Origin: the human T2T-CHM13v2.0 reference genome, Homo sapiens
Length of the DNA: 64,000 nucleotides
Strand: one strand, 5' to 3'
NCBI RefSeq assembly: GCF_009914755.1
Contig: NC_060928.1
Shown here one piece after another: positions 46,330-64,000 of the stretch (its first letter is position 1; each line of letters opens with the position of its first letter). Under the pieces are notes generated by a model that was given only the letters and a program-made list of their open reading frames with translations, had not been told where the DNA came from and searched no databases. The translations under genes were made by a program, and so were the position numbers.

Positions 46330-46920
46330 ATGTAACTCCCTGTTTTCCTCCTGTCTCACTGGTGACTCCTTCTGGGTCTCTTGCCAAATTTTCCTCTGAA
46401 TATTGAGGACATCAAGGCTTAATCCTCATCTTTTCTATTCTCTTAGCCTCTCCTTAATTAATTTTACCTTATTCCATGCCTTTAAACATAGGGCACACTG
46501 AGGACTCTCAAATGTATAACTTTAACTTTTACCTTGCCCATTGAGTTCTGAATGCCTATGTCCAACTTTTTATTTTATATCTCCATGTAGCTATCTAAAT
46601 GGGTATCTAAACTTAACCAGGTAAAACGGTATTCTTGATGACCAATCCATCCTCACACTCACATACCAATCTCTTTCTGTCTCAAGTTTTCCCCCATCTC
46701 AGTAAATGACACCTCCATCAGTTACTCAAGCCAAAATCCTCTTCTTTGCTTCCTTTCTTTTCCTCTCCCCTACATCCAATTTACCAGCATGACCTGTCGG
46801 CTTTCTCTCCAAAACATATCCCAAATTCATCTGATTCTCTCCGTTTTCACTACCAACCTAGTCCAAGCCTCCATCCTCTTTCCTGGACTACCATAATAGC
46901 TTCTATAATTAAAAAGTAAC
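46330..46920. mobile_element. L2 remnant
   Basis: L2-type motifs (TTCCCCCATCTCAGTAAATGACACC, CCTAGTCCAAGCCTCCATC). Confidence 0.55.
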
Positions 46921-47037
46921 TTTTCCTTTCCCTCAGCATTGGTGACTAAGGCACACAGATCATAAACAAGAATGACTAAGTACCACAAATCTAAAGCAAG
47001 CCAAATATTTCCTCCAAGGTTTGTTAAGAGGCAACGA

Positions 47038-47120
47038 AGCCAGACACAGTGGTGCATGCCTGTAGTCCCAGCTACTCAGGAGGCTAAGGCAGGAGGATCG
47101 CTTGAGGCCAGGAATTGAAG
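47038..47120 (+). mobile_element. Alu monomer fragment (FLAM/FRAM-like)
   Basis: GTGGTGCATGCCTGTAGTCCCAGCTACTCAGGAGG...GGATCGCTTGAGGCCAGG. Confidence 0.85.
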
Positions 47121-47999
47121 GCAAGGCTAAGGAAGATAACAGTAGTTTTCAATGTATAACTATTATGTACACATACAATTTTTTTCTAAAAAGAGGCAAC
47201 AAAACTCAATCTACTTCCATCAACCACCACTCCACCGCTCCCATACACTCCCATCTCATCTTTAGAAGACTAGGGAGGGAAGAGGGGGGATGTTATAAGA
47301 GCAGCTGTTACCTTGTTGAAATCATAGTGTTTGTAATAAGAGACTCCCACACACATATCCCACCTCGCTTCACCCTTGGGAGAGTAGAGAGTAAAGGTGG
47401 GGCACCTTCCTCTCCCCAGATTCAAGTGAGGGAGAGTTTCAAGAAAATCACCCAAGAGATCAGGGACCCTAAAAGCAGGGGAGATTGAGAAGCAATATAG
47501 CATAATAGTTAAGAGAAAGGGCTCTGAACCTGACTGATTGGGTTTATCCCCCAATTCCACCACTCTCTAGCTAGGTAACACTGGACAAACCTTGAACAAA
47601 TCACTTAATCTCTCTTAATTTCCTCTATCTGTAAAAGGGGGAAATAACAATATATGCTTCACAGGATTGTTGTCAGGTTAATATTTATTACATCTATTAC
47701 ATCATGTGAAGAAGTTAGATCTTGGCACACAATAAGTGTTATGTAAGTACTAGTTACTTATTATTATCATCGTCGTCATCATTATGTCTTAACTCCTTGT
47801 GGAGTTGCAGAAAATGCAGCTACCAACTGCAATGAAGTTTGGGGAAAGCATTCCTGGGAGAACCTGACATGGCCCCTTGGGTTGTGGATGTGCAGGAATA
47901 TCAAAAATGATACATGATCATGCTATATAAAGTATAAATGAAAATGTCCAAAGTTTCCAACTTAGGATGGGTGAGGAGGAAGTTCACTTGGAAGATATG

Positions 48000-49340
<1,341 letters not shown>

Positions 49341-49440
49341 CTCTCCAAGGCAACATGGGGCAATGGTCTCCTTATTTGTTTCCAGTCTCTCCGAAATCAC
49401 TGTCCTGCATTGCCTAATGTCTTGAAAACCAGTGTTTCTT

Positions 49441-49695
49441 CCGCATGTTCTCACTCACAGGTGGGAATTGAACAATGAGAACACTTGGACACAGGATGGG
49501 GAATATCACACACCAGGGCCTGTCATGGGGTGGGGGGAGTGGGGAGGGATAGCATTAGGAGATATACCTAATGTAAATGATGAGTTAATGGGTGCAGCAC
49601 ACCAACATGGCACATGTATACATATGTAACAAACCTGCATGTTGTGCACATGTACCCTGGAACTTAAAGTATAATAATAATAATAATAATAAAAA
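49441..49695 (+). mobile_element. 5'-truncated primate L1 (L1PA) 3' end
   Basis: CATGTTCTCACTC...GGGATAGCATTAGGAGATATACCTAATG...AACTTAAAGTATAATAA; perfect 17-bp TSD GAAAACCAGTGTTTCTT at 49424-49440 and 49696-49712. Confidence 0.95.
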
Positions 49696-52507
49696 GAAAA
49701 CCAGTGTTTCTTAAATTTTGTCAGTTGTTTCTAGTTGGTTCAAATGGCAGGGAAAATCTGCACCGTTATTCCATCTTGTTTAGCATTGGAGACTTGAAAT
49801 TAAGAGTGAGTTTGAGATACAAGCTTTTAGACTGAACTAGACTTTTAAAAAATGAGCTTTACTATTTATGGCACTTTTACAATCACAGCAAATAAACTAG
49901 ATTTTTTAATAATGAAAAAATATTTTTAAATTACGGAATCTTCTTAAAACATTGTCAAAAAGGCAAAGAAAAATTCAATTATAGTAATTGAGAGGCAATA
50001 ATTGGACGAAAATATGGTTTCATGTTATAACTCATTAAACTGTTCACTGTTCCAAACTCTTCTCTAGTCTTACCTGCCACAATTCATTGTCCACTTACCA
50101 TGAAAAGTGATCTTTTCAAAGGTAAATCAGATCATATCTGATTTAAAACCCTCCAGTGGCTTCTCATTACACTTAGAATAAATTCAGAGTCATTAGCCTT
50201 CCTGATTTCCTGCAACTCCCCCTTCCACTCATCTCTCTCCAGCTACTCTGCTCAAGGCTTTCGTATTGTCTTAGTCCCTCTGCCTGCAACACTTTCCATA
50301 GCCTTGCATGGCTGGCCCCTTACCACCAAGTCTCAATTCCAATGTCATTGCCTCAGAGAGAACTTTTCTGGCTGATAATCTTCCTAACCAATTACCAATC
50401 ATTATCATATTGCCCTGTTTTATTTTCTTCATAGTTTTTATTATTGTTTGAAATTCTTTAGTTTACTTAGTCGTAACTGTCTCCTCCTCATTAAAATAAA
50501 AGCTCCTTAAGAGCGGCATTGTCTTGTTGCTTACTTCTGTTTCCAAGAACAAGCGCAGGATTGCCTCAAGTATATTGATTGAATGAAGGATGAATGGAGA
50601 ACGTTTTTACAAGGAGTTGAAAACTGCCTCTAAGTTTATGTCTTCTAACAATATTAGTCTCTTTTGTGGATAGGCTCCATATTGTCAATGTCCTATTTAA
50701 AGAGTAGTATCTAGATACATATTCAATAGTCAAGTGTAATCTGGACAGTACAAACAACAGCTGAACTTAACATTTTTCAATAAATCCCACTTAAGATGAT
50801 AATATCTCTTTTTTGGCAGCTATGTTACACTATTGGCTTCAATTAAAGTGTACAATCTCATTTTTAAAAATATGTTTCTATAAAGTAATGACTTTCCCAT
50901 ATTTAAAATTTAAACAAGTTAGGATTTGGGCATGAGATTTAGCATTGGTCCCTAAGTTTTATCTTGCTAAACTCAGACCAACATTACAATGTCTCAGATT
51001 CTTTTTAAATCCAGATTCAGAAACCTTGCACATTAGTTCTTTCTCTCAGCTTTACAGTATCTGCAAACTTGACACATGCCATCGGATCCTTACTGAAGTC
51101 ATTAAGAAAAATGTTTAATGGGATAGTGCTTAAGATAGACTTTTGCAGCATACATCTAAAGTCCTATCTCTATCAATATCAGTCCATTAATAAGCACATT
51201 TTGGGTGCAGTAGTTCATCTCAAGTTAACTCATAATCCATACTATCACACAGACTCAAAGTCTGGGTTTTATCCATAAGGTAACATGAATACTTATCATA
51301 AAAGGCCAATCTCTCCTTTATTCTCTATTTTAATGTCATCTCATTTCTCCCCTTGAAAGCCTTCCCTAATATAAAAGGAGTCTTGATAGCAGCCTGGCAT
51401 TTTGCCACTTGAACTCTTAAAAGGGACGATGATATTTTTTAACAGGCTTCTTGGCCTTAAATCCAAAATGCAGCTGAAATCTCTTGATTTTCCTTTTAAT
51501 GGATTAATTTCTACATTTAGTGTAATAATTCACATTTCCCATTTGTCCTTGAACTTTATATGGAAAACAAATTTTACTAATAAATAGTACTGCTTAATCA
51601 GCTCTAAAAATTAGGAGGGAAAATATGAAGTCTACAAGAAACCTTGAATTAAATGTCAACCTGTAAATTCCAAGTAACCCAAAAATCTTTTAGATTTAGA
51701 AATAACTTATCAGTGTTCCCAAATGTGCTAGAAAAAAGAAATCCTTTTTGTGTGTGTGATACCCTAAATATATCTGACAGAATCTTCAGTATTATTATAA
51801 GTGGTAAGTGAATTGAAAGAGCATCATCAGTCCTGGATCTCCCTAAAAAGTATCGTCTTTCATTTCCTTAGCACTCTCATGAATATATTCCAGAATCTAT
51901 TTATTTCAGAGGACATAAAAAGAAATAATTTTAAAAGAATACTGTAAAATGTATACTCGAGATAAGCATTTTATATCTGACAAATTTACAAAGTCTATTA
52001 CAGAGGAACTCCATGACTACTTTTACAACCAGGTATATATAACAATCCCAGAAACCCAGAATTAAATGACACACTTGCAAGGAATACAGAGAGGAAAGTA
52101 AGATATTTATTTCCCTAAAACATAGATTCTAAAATATGTCAAATGGCCATTGAAAGCACAGCCTTTAACTCTTCTCCGTGTATACCATCTCTCTAACTTC
52201 TATACGTTTGAGACACTAGACAATACAAAAGTAACTTTTGAATCAATCCAGAGAAATAAACTGAAGGAAGATTCTATTAGCACTGAACGAAAGATCTGCT
52301 GCCAAGAGAAGCTAACAGCAAAAACCATCTCCACTCCATCAAAAACCATCTCCACTCCAACAAAGTGGAAAATTCATTATATGTGTGTGTATATATACTT
52401 ATCATGAATATATAACTGCTATTAACTTAATACTACAAAACTAAAAGTCCCCAAATATCCCAGAATTTCACAAATCAGTCAAGCATAAAATTACTAACAA
52501 AGGATAA

Positions 52508-52873
<366 letters not shown>

Positions 52874-53278
52874 TGATCTGACAATCGGTCCTCCTACCAA
52901 GATCCTTGCTGGGTTGCTCTGAACTTCCTAAAACTCCTATAGGGCACTCTGTGTCCAAATCCACAAGAGCACACATGACTTATCTGGAATAATTATCAAT
53001 AAAAGTTTTAAAATATGTTTAATAATATTAAGGAGTACAGAAGCAATTGCAACTATATTTGCAATGTTTGGGAGGGACATTATTCTGCCTAACCTAGAGT
53101 CAGGCAAACACTATTCCAAGAAAGGAAACAACAAGTAAAAAGCACAAAATAAGAAAGAGCTTGGCCCACACAGGATGAGGAGCAGGAAGGAAGGCACTTG
53201 TAGCTGCAGCAGAGTGAGGGGGAGAATCATAGTAGATAACAACACCATGCACTTTATAGGATTAACTTTTTTCCCCCA

Positions 53279-53574
53279 TTTTTTTTTTTTTTAGATGGAG
53301 TCTCTCTCTGTCACCCAGGATGGAGTGCAGTGACATGATCTCGGCTTACCGCAACCTCCGCTTCCTGGGTTCAAGCGATTATCCTGCCTCAGCCTCCTCA
53401 GGAGCTGGAACTACAGGCATAAACCACCACACCTGGCTAATTTTCGTCTTTTTCAGTAGAGGTGGGGTTTCACCATGTTGGCCAGGCTCATCTCAAACTC
53501 CTGACCTCAAGTGATCTACCCACCTTGGCCTCCCAAAGTGCTGGGATTACAGGCGTGAGCCACCATTCCTGGCC
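53279..53574 (-). mobile_element. Alu
   Basis: TSD TTTTCCCCCATTT. Confidence 0.95.
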
Positions 53575-53920
53575 TTTTCCCCCATTTCAATTGTACAAGC
53601 TTAGAATCTATTTTGAACTTCAGAATCAATCTTAGTCATTCTAAAGCTAAAGGTAGAGAGCCTAAGCCTCTTAACTTACAGTCCATTTTACCTCTCACAA
53701 TACCAAGAGCCATTAATACTATTTTTTCACATCTATATGGAGAAATTTCTTCTAATTGGCATTTTTTGGGGGTGGGGGAATTGAAAGATTAGACTGAATC
53801 ATTTCACAATGTGATGTTTTGATTATGTATACCTTGTGAAATGATACAAAACTTAGAAATCTGTAATTTAAATAAGTGAAATAATCAAAAATGATTTTGT
53901 CTAACAAAAATGCTTTAGCT

Positions 53921-54288
<368 letters not shown>

Positions 54289-54507
54289 TCAAACAGAGCA
54301 TTTTTACTCAACTTTGATACCCTTTGATACCCTCCTTCCTAATCTTTGTGACTTCCAACCTCATTAAATGTCTGATAATACTAACTGCCATTTTTTAACC
54401 CTAAACATTTTCGTTCTTATATGCAGAGTTTCTTCAAATATTGATCTCTATCCAAGCACAGTGTATGTAAAATTTATATTTAGATATCAGGAGGCAAAAG
54501 CTGGTCA

Positions 54508-54816
<309 letters not shown>

Positions 54817-54949
54817 TTAAAAAAAAAAACCCTCAAAATATGAAGAAGAAACTTCATTCCAAATTCTTACTAAAAATTAAAAAATACAAACCAAAAAATT
54901 GACTTCTTTTTCTCGAACAGCTTTCCACATAGACTTTTAGGGTAGTCCT

Positions 54950-55200
54950 TCTGTGGTTAAATGTTTATGAGGAGAATTGCACCTGTGTTGTGGTCAGCTT
55001 TTAAATAAACTTGCACCTGCAGTGGTTTTTCATAGAATTGCTGTTTGAGAAATTACATGTCAGTGGTTTGACCATCACACAGAGCTATTTCCCTTCACCA
55101 TATCACCTGCCAGGCAGGTCCTAATTTAAAAAGGGCCTACTTCCAAAAATTCATTTGAAAAAAAATCTGGTTAGATTTCATGGTAATCTCTCCAGGGACA
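54950..55200. promoter_or_regulatory. Candidate lymphoid enhancer (RUNX/E-box/EBF-like cluster)
   Basis: TGTGGTT 54952, TGTGGTC 54989, CACCTG at 54980, 55014 and 55104, EBF-like TCTCCAGGGA 55189. Confidence 0.4.
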
Positions 55201-55633
55201 CAATAATAAGTAAGGTTTCCAGGATACCCCTCAAACAAAAAGAATATGCTCCCTTCAATTCATCCATTGCAGTGGTCTGGTCCTTCTCTGCTTTAAGAAA
55301 ACTTCTGATTTCTGGAGAGGCTTCTGCTCTAGTCAATTATGTCTGCTTTCCTTTTCCTGTATATTATCTGCTAATTCCTGTTTCAGAATCTTTTTTAGTT
55401 TGTCATTTTCCTTACCATAAATTTATTTCTCTTTCCTTCCTGTTCATCCTCATAAAAAACCCTAAAATCTTTCAAACTAATTCAAGTAGGTCTAAATGTC
55501 ATTCCATTCTGTTCACTCTTTTACTTTGTTTCTTCATTGCTAATAAATTCATCTTGTATCTTGTATACCATTTTACTCAGCTGGCATATTACTTTATCAC
55601 TTTTCTTCATATGTGTGTAATTTTATATATTAA

Positions 55634-55885
55634 TGTTTTCTAGATGCAGAGAGGTGTTCATAAAGAGCAATATCAGATGGCACCCCAAAAAAGGATATGA
55701 AAGAACACCAAAAGGGAACTCTAAAGATTTAGTTGGAAAAGTAGGTAAGAAAATACAATTTTCTTGTTCTAACTCTTCTATTCAGAGTGTTTACATCATA
55801 TGTAAGTGCCATACTAAGTTCATTTTCCCTAATAACGAGAAAGCATAAATCTGTGGTGAGGAATATCCAGTCAGTTATTTTTAAA
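55634..55885 (+). repeat. ~250-bp local duplication, copy 1
   Basis: Near-identical to 57956-58206 (about 2 substitutions plus one terminal T). Confidence 0.95.
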
Positions 55886-56391
55886 ATATCAGATGCAACT
55901 GTAAAGATGTGTCTTAAGAGACACTTCTACTTAGTCTTCCTACTGAACAAAAGAGCAAACGCTGTGGAGTCAGTTATTGCCTGGGTGCAAATGGGACTCT
56001 GACAAGTTATAAAATCTTGTTTTCTCTGTTTCATCTATAAAATGGGCATCACTGTAGTACATACTTCACAAGATTGATGAAAATTAAATTGATAAGTGTA
56101 AAGCATGGAATATGCTAGAACATGGCTACAACATATAAACAATTACTTTAGCATAATGCTTAGCTCTTGATCTGCCTACTTTTCATATCCATATTCCCAG
56201 GACCCTGATTTAGACACAAAAACGCATCACTCTGATGACTATCACCATCTTGCACCAACTTCCTTCTGTCAATTTTCCAATCCTTCCCTGTTTAAAACCC
56301 TCCAATGATTCCCCTTTGCTCATAGCATAAATAATATATCTCTACCCAAAATAGATATAGATCAAGATCACATTTGCAAATAGCTTATTAA

Positions 56392-56753
<362 letters not shown>

Positions 56754-56994
56754 AATCCAAGCCTTTTTAATTTGACACCTGGAGATATGTAGTCCTATAA
56801 CTCTAGTAGCAGGTAGGTAGTATAACACTTTTGGTCTACTAGTTCACGTGTGCTAGTTACTTAAGTCAGAACAACCCAAAATTATATTTTATTTGCCTTT
56901 AGTTAAATATCAAATATGGTCCCACGTTTCAACTGAATTTTAAAGACATCAAAAATTTCTTTCTCTAAAGAGATCCATATATCAAACCATCTAG

Positions 56995-57357
<363 letters not shown>

Positions 57358-57955
57358 TAGTCTTAACACAAAGGAGAAAATGTTTAGAAATCCCTAAGAA
57401 AGGAAGAGTTAGGGACTATTAGATGTTAATAGAATGAAGTATATCAGAGAAGACAGCCTAGAGAAGACACAATCTTAGCTGGGCCTTGAAGGCCATATAA
57501 GCATTGAAATATGAGACAGCCCAAAGAGAGGCCAAGAGAATAAAAATCTCAAAAAGAGAAAAAAAAATGAGTACATAGTTTGGCTAGAACATATAATTCA
57601 TGAAAGTGGGAAAGCAGCTGGAAAAATAAGTTGGGGCCAGATAAAGGCAGGCCCTGAATATTGGCTTAGAGATAAGAACTTGATTCTATAGAGAATGAGG
57701 GGTGACTAAAGAAAAAATTTTAACATGGGCTGTGTTTCAAAAGACCTTCACCACCAAAACTATAATTATCACTGGGTCAATATTTAAATCAAAATAATTG
57801 TAGTTACAAGTTTTCCCATGAAAAGAAAAAACTAAAAGGGATTAAATAATGTTTAGAAAGTAATTGCCAAGTTTTTAGTTGAATTAGAGTTTGGAAGGGA
57901 AAGCAGTGTCGTAATTTCACTAAATTCTTCATTTTGTAATGAAGGCTACCAAACC

Positions 57956-58206
57956 TGTTTTCTAGATGCAGAGAGGTGTTCATAAAGAGCAATATCAGAT
58001 GGCACCCCAAAAAAGGATATGAAAGAACACCAAAAGGGAACTCTAAAGATTTAGTTGGAAAAGTAGGTAAGAAAATACAATTTTCTTGTTCTAACTCTTC
58101 TATTCAGAGTGTTTACATCATATGTAAGTGCCATACTAAGTTCATTTTCCCTAATAAGGAGAAAGCATAAATCTGTGGTGAGGAACATCCAGTCAGTTAT
58201 TTTAAA
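57956..58206 (+). repeat. ~250-bp local duplication, copy 2
   Basis: Offset 2322 bp from copy 1. Confidence 0.95.
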
Positions 58207-58682
58207 TTAAGTTAAATTAAAGATTAAAAGCTTCAAATATTTACCAAATATTTCAGTAGAAGCTCTATATTTTACTTCCAAGTCACTTTTAGGACTTTTG
58301 GGACTTAAAATAGATACAGACCTTATTTGCAAAAAGAATCTGTGACATATTTGTTTCAGAGTAAGTGGTTTCTGACAGATGAAACTAGATGAAATGAAAG
58401 CAGATGGCAAACTTCATCCATTTTCTTTCTTATAACTAAAAATAATCTTTCTTTCTTTTTTGCATCCAAAAATAGTTCAGCATGTTTCTGGGGTTATATT
58501 AAATTATCCAAATATATTGATAGGTACTAACACCAAGAATACATTTTCCCAATATAACTCTTATATCAAATTATTATTTTTACTATTACTACCTTTATGC
58601 ACATTTTTAAGAAAAGCTACTTCTTTTGACAGCTTCAGTCATCCTAGCCTAGTCTGTGATGCTGGGAAAAAACGTAATATGC

Positions 58683-59497
<815 letters not shown>

Positions 59498-59899
59498 TAA
59501 GTTCATGAAAGCTATATATTAAATATTTCACCTTGTTAATTACTTTTAAATTTGAAGAGCTATGCTGATAACTATGGAAGCTCAAAAGACACTACGTTGT
59601 TAAAGGCTACTGCTTTGAAGTGCTGACAGAGTACAGAAACATACATACCTGGACTGACTGACTGCATTTCCACTACCTTCTCACACCCCACTCCAGCCAA
59701 GAAAGATTACTATTTAATCTAGTGTCTATCTTGGAAACCATAATCTTTGGAGTCTGAACTTGGCTATGGATGCTAAAGGAAAAAGTCACTGTCCACCTAA
59801 CAACAAAAATCAGGTACAATTACACATAATTGATAGAGAGGAAGTTTGAGATCTATGCAGGACTGTGGTGATGAAGCATATGAATTTGATCCTATAGAC

Positions 59900-60473
<574 letters not shown>

Positions 60474-60855
60474 TAAGTTAGGAATTGATATAGTCATTTT
60501 TTGTTTGCTCATTTGTTTTTTAATTAAATCTCAGGTGCAGTTAATTATTCTCCTCAGTTCCTGACATTATTATTGGTCTGTGGAAATGTCCTCTTCTATT
60601 CCTTTTAATCTCCAACCCTTATCCCATTCTTCATCTTCCACAAACAGCTATTCTTTTGTGTTTAATGTATATTATTTTGTTTGATTATATTCCTACAAAA
60701 TGTGTATTGTTACATTATTGTGCCTGCATTTTTAATTTTTGTGAATGGTATATTATTTATTACATTCTATTTTTTACTTTTTTCCCTTAGCACATTGTTT
60801 TAAAAATCCATTCATGTTGCCATATGGATATATAATCTACTGCTTCCAATTACTA

Positions 60856-61223
<368 letters not shown>

Positions 61224-62320
61224 TTACACTGGGATAACAGGTTAAACAGGGCCATCCAGGGCAAGCCAGAATGTATGATCACCCTATGCTCCTAAATTCC
61301 ATGCTGTTCTTCCACAACATTTTATTGATCTGCTCTTCCAGTGACGGATATCCAGGTTGTCTCTAACTCGCTGCTACCAAAAATAACTTTTCAAATAGCT
61401 TCGCACAGGTCCCCTTATGGATGGGCTTATGTGAGAATTTCTTAACCAAAAAGATATCTGCAATGATTTATAAATTTCTGATACAGGTAATTCTGAACAC
61501 CCAGAAGATTGGTAAAGTGACAAATGAGAATAAAGCATAGTAGAGTACTTAGCTTAGCATTGAAGGTTTTTGTAGTAATGAAAGGTATGACTGGAAAGGT
61601 TGTTTTGGGGTAAAACTTTAGGACAGCCATGTATGCTGTAAATTTTGTTAGTAAACGAAAGTTTTTACTATCTGGATAGTAAATGAAAGTTTCTGAACCA
61701 GGATATGCGGTGACAGAAATGATATTCTAGGAAGATATATCTGATGTACCAGATCAAATGTACCAGAGACTAAAAGGAGGAGACCTATTAAAGGAAAAGT
61801 TGAAAGCCAGTATAGTATAGTAGTTAGTTATAGCACAACATGGATTCTGAAGCTGGACTGTTCTAGTTTAAATCTAGTTCTAACACTTATTAGCTTTATG
61901 ACCTCACTTAAGCTATATGCGCCTAATTTTCTCATCTCCAATTACAGATTATTATAGTAACTTTTCACAGGGTTATAATGGTTTCAAGAGCTTGTAATGG
62001 TATCTAGCACACAATAACCACTCTCAATGTTAGCTATTATTAATTATAATTGTTTCAATAGTCCAGGAAGAAATAAAGATTAGTTTAAGCTAATGTGATC
62101 ATACAATACCTCCAACACCCAGAATAAATGCCCTGAAAGAAGTATCCTAATGTATCATCACCTAATGTGTCATTCATAGACTCCCTAATTTCCATAGTAA
62201 GAAAATCCCATAAAGGGCTTAGAGTAAGGCAAAAACAATTTTTTTTTAACCTGCTGGCTCTCATTAGTGTAACTTGCTAACTCCTGAGCCAGACATCACA
62301 ATAAAATAAAGATTCAGATT

Positions 62321-62685
62321 GGCTGGGTGCGATGGCTCACACCTGCAATCCCAGCACTTTGGGAGGCTGAGGTGGGCAGATCACCTGAGGTCAGGAGTTT
62401 GAGACCAGCCTGGCTAACATGGTGAAACCCCATCTCTACTAAAAAAAAAAAAAAAAAAAACACACAAAAAAATTACCCAGGTGTGGTGGCAGGTGCCTGT
62501 AATCCCAGCTACGTGGGAGGCTGAGGCAGGAGAATCAATTGTTCTTTATCAAAAGGATCTGAAAAACTGGGTGAAGCGGCACGCACCTTTAGTCCCAGCT
62601 ACTCAGGAGGCTGAGGCAGGAGATCACTTAAGCCCAGGAGTTCTACCCAGCCTGGGGAACACAGCAGGCACCTGTCTCTAAAAAC
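62321..62685 (+). mobile_element. 3'-truncated Alu with expanded A-linker plus an Alu monomer fragment
   Basis: Alu at 62321-62537 with an A20 linker; monomer at ~62566-62685 flanked by AAAGGATCTGA. Confidence 0.85.
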
Positions 62686-63466
62686 AAAGGATCTGAGAAT
62701 GTTAGAATACGATACTCTCTGAATATGCATTGAATACTGCAACTCTGTTCTGGTTAGGAAATTTAACATTTAGTATAAACTAAATAATATTAATGTGATC
62801 ATTCCCATTTAAAATATCCAAAATATTTTTCTAACTTATATATAATAGTATATGCATTTTAGTCTTGAAGTCTGACACTAAATTCTCAAATAATTTGCAA
62901 TAAAAATGAAAAATTTTTATTTATGTGCCTAAATGCAACAGTGTTTAAATAATGAAAATTTAACATTTAAAGTAAGGAAATAACTACAATTCCAGCATAG
63001 ATGTCATATTCTTTAAGCAATATTCCCAAAACAGCAATCTAAAGGTTATCTCTTATCCTTCTGTTCTCTTACAGCACCGGGTTTACATCATACACTGCCT
63101 TGTATTCCAGTAATCTGTATGAGTGTCTTCTTTTCTACCTGATTATACAGTCCTTAACTGGCTGATTCATCACTATTGTCTGTAGCATTCTACAACAAAC
63201 AGTAAGCAGTTAATATCTGCTAAATGACAAAATGTACTAAAATTTACATTAAAAAATAAATTCATGCTTACCATCAGAACATAACTTTTGCCCACAACTT
63301 TCTAATTTAATTTTATTTTCTAAAATCTTGTAAAAATTTCAAAATGTTTCGGACACCTTTAGGCACTTGGAAAATGTTTATTTCAAAGTATCACTTTTCT
63401 AACATTTTGCATTATTTTTATTAACCTAATGACACTATACTTTCTGAAAAGAAATTGTCACCATTG

Positions 63467-64000
<534 letters not shown>

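Noticed and set aside
49432-49629. ORFs over L1 fragments (also 58460-58753)
   Set aside because: Truncated L1 3' ends with no intact ORF1/ORF2.
55155-55643. 162-aa hydrophobic ORF
   Set aside because: Non-ATG start, T-rich compositional bias giving F/L/I residues, and no recognisable domain.

Overview
Human (primate) genomic DNA, recognisable as the ENAM-JCHAIN interval of chr4q13.3. The + strand carries the complete enamelin gene ENAM: ATG at 5970, eight phase-0 coding exons, stop ending at 21324, 1142 aa. The - strand carries the complete immunoglobulin J chain gene JCHAIN/IGJ: four exons, ATG at 42958, stop at 32797, 159 aa, convergent with ENAM. The rest is intronic/intergenic DNA with about 40 Alus, L1/L2/MIR remnants, DNA-transposon fossils and a 27-bp minisatellite upstream of the JCHAIN promoter. 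I found no evidence for a new protein-coding system; nearly all other ORFs in the track are Alu-, antisense- or repeat-derived. The unexplained signals most worth checking are: (i) a ~99%-identical 250-bp duplicated exon-like cassette plus a candidate terminal exon, suggesting a spliced + strand transcript across or upstream of JCHAIN; (ii) a TSD-bounded composite Alu insertion carrying non-Alu DNA in an ENAM intron; (iii) a 37-bp tailless U3 snoRNA retrocopy; (iv) a skipped 61-nt ENAM 5'UTR exon; (v) an indel-free 275-bp duplication between the genes; (vi) lymphoid enhancer- and CTCF-like motif clusters. Repeat boundaries and family names were judged by eye and are approximate.
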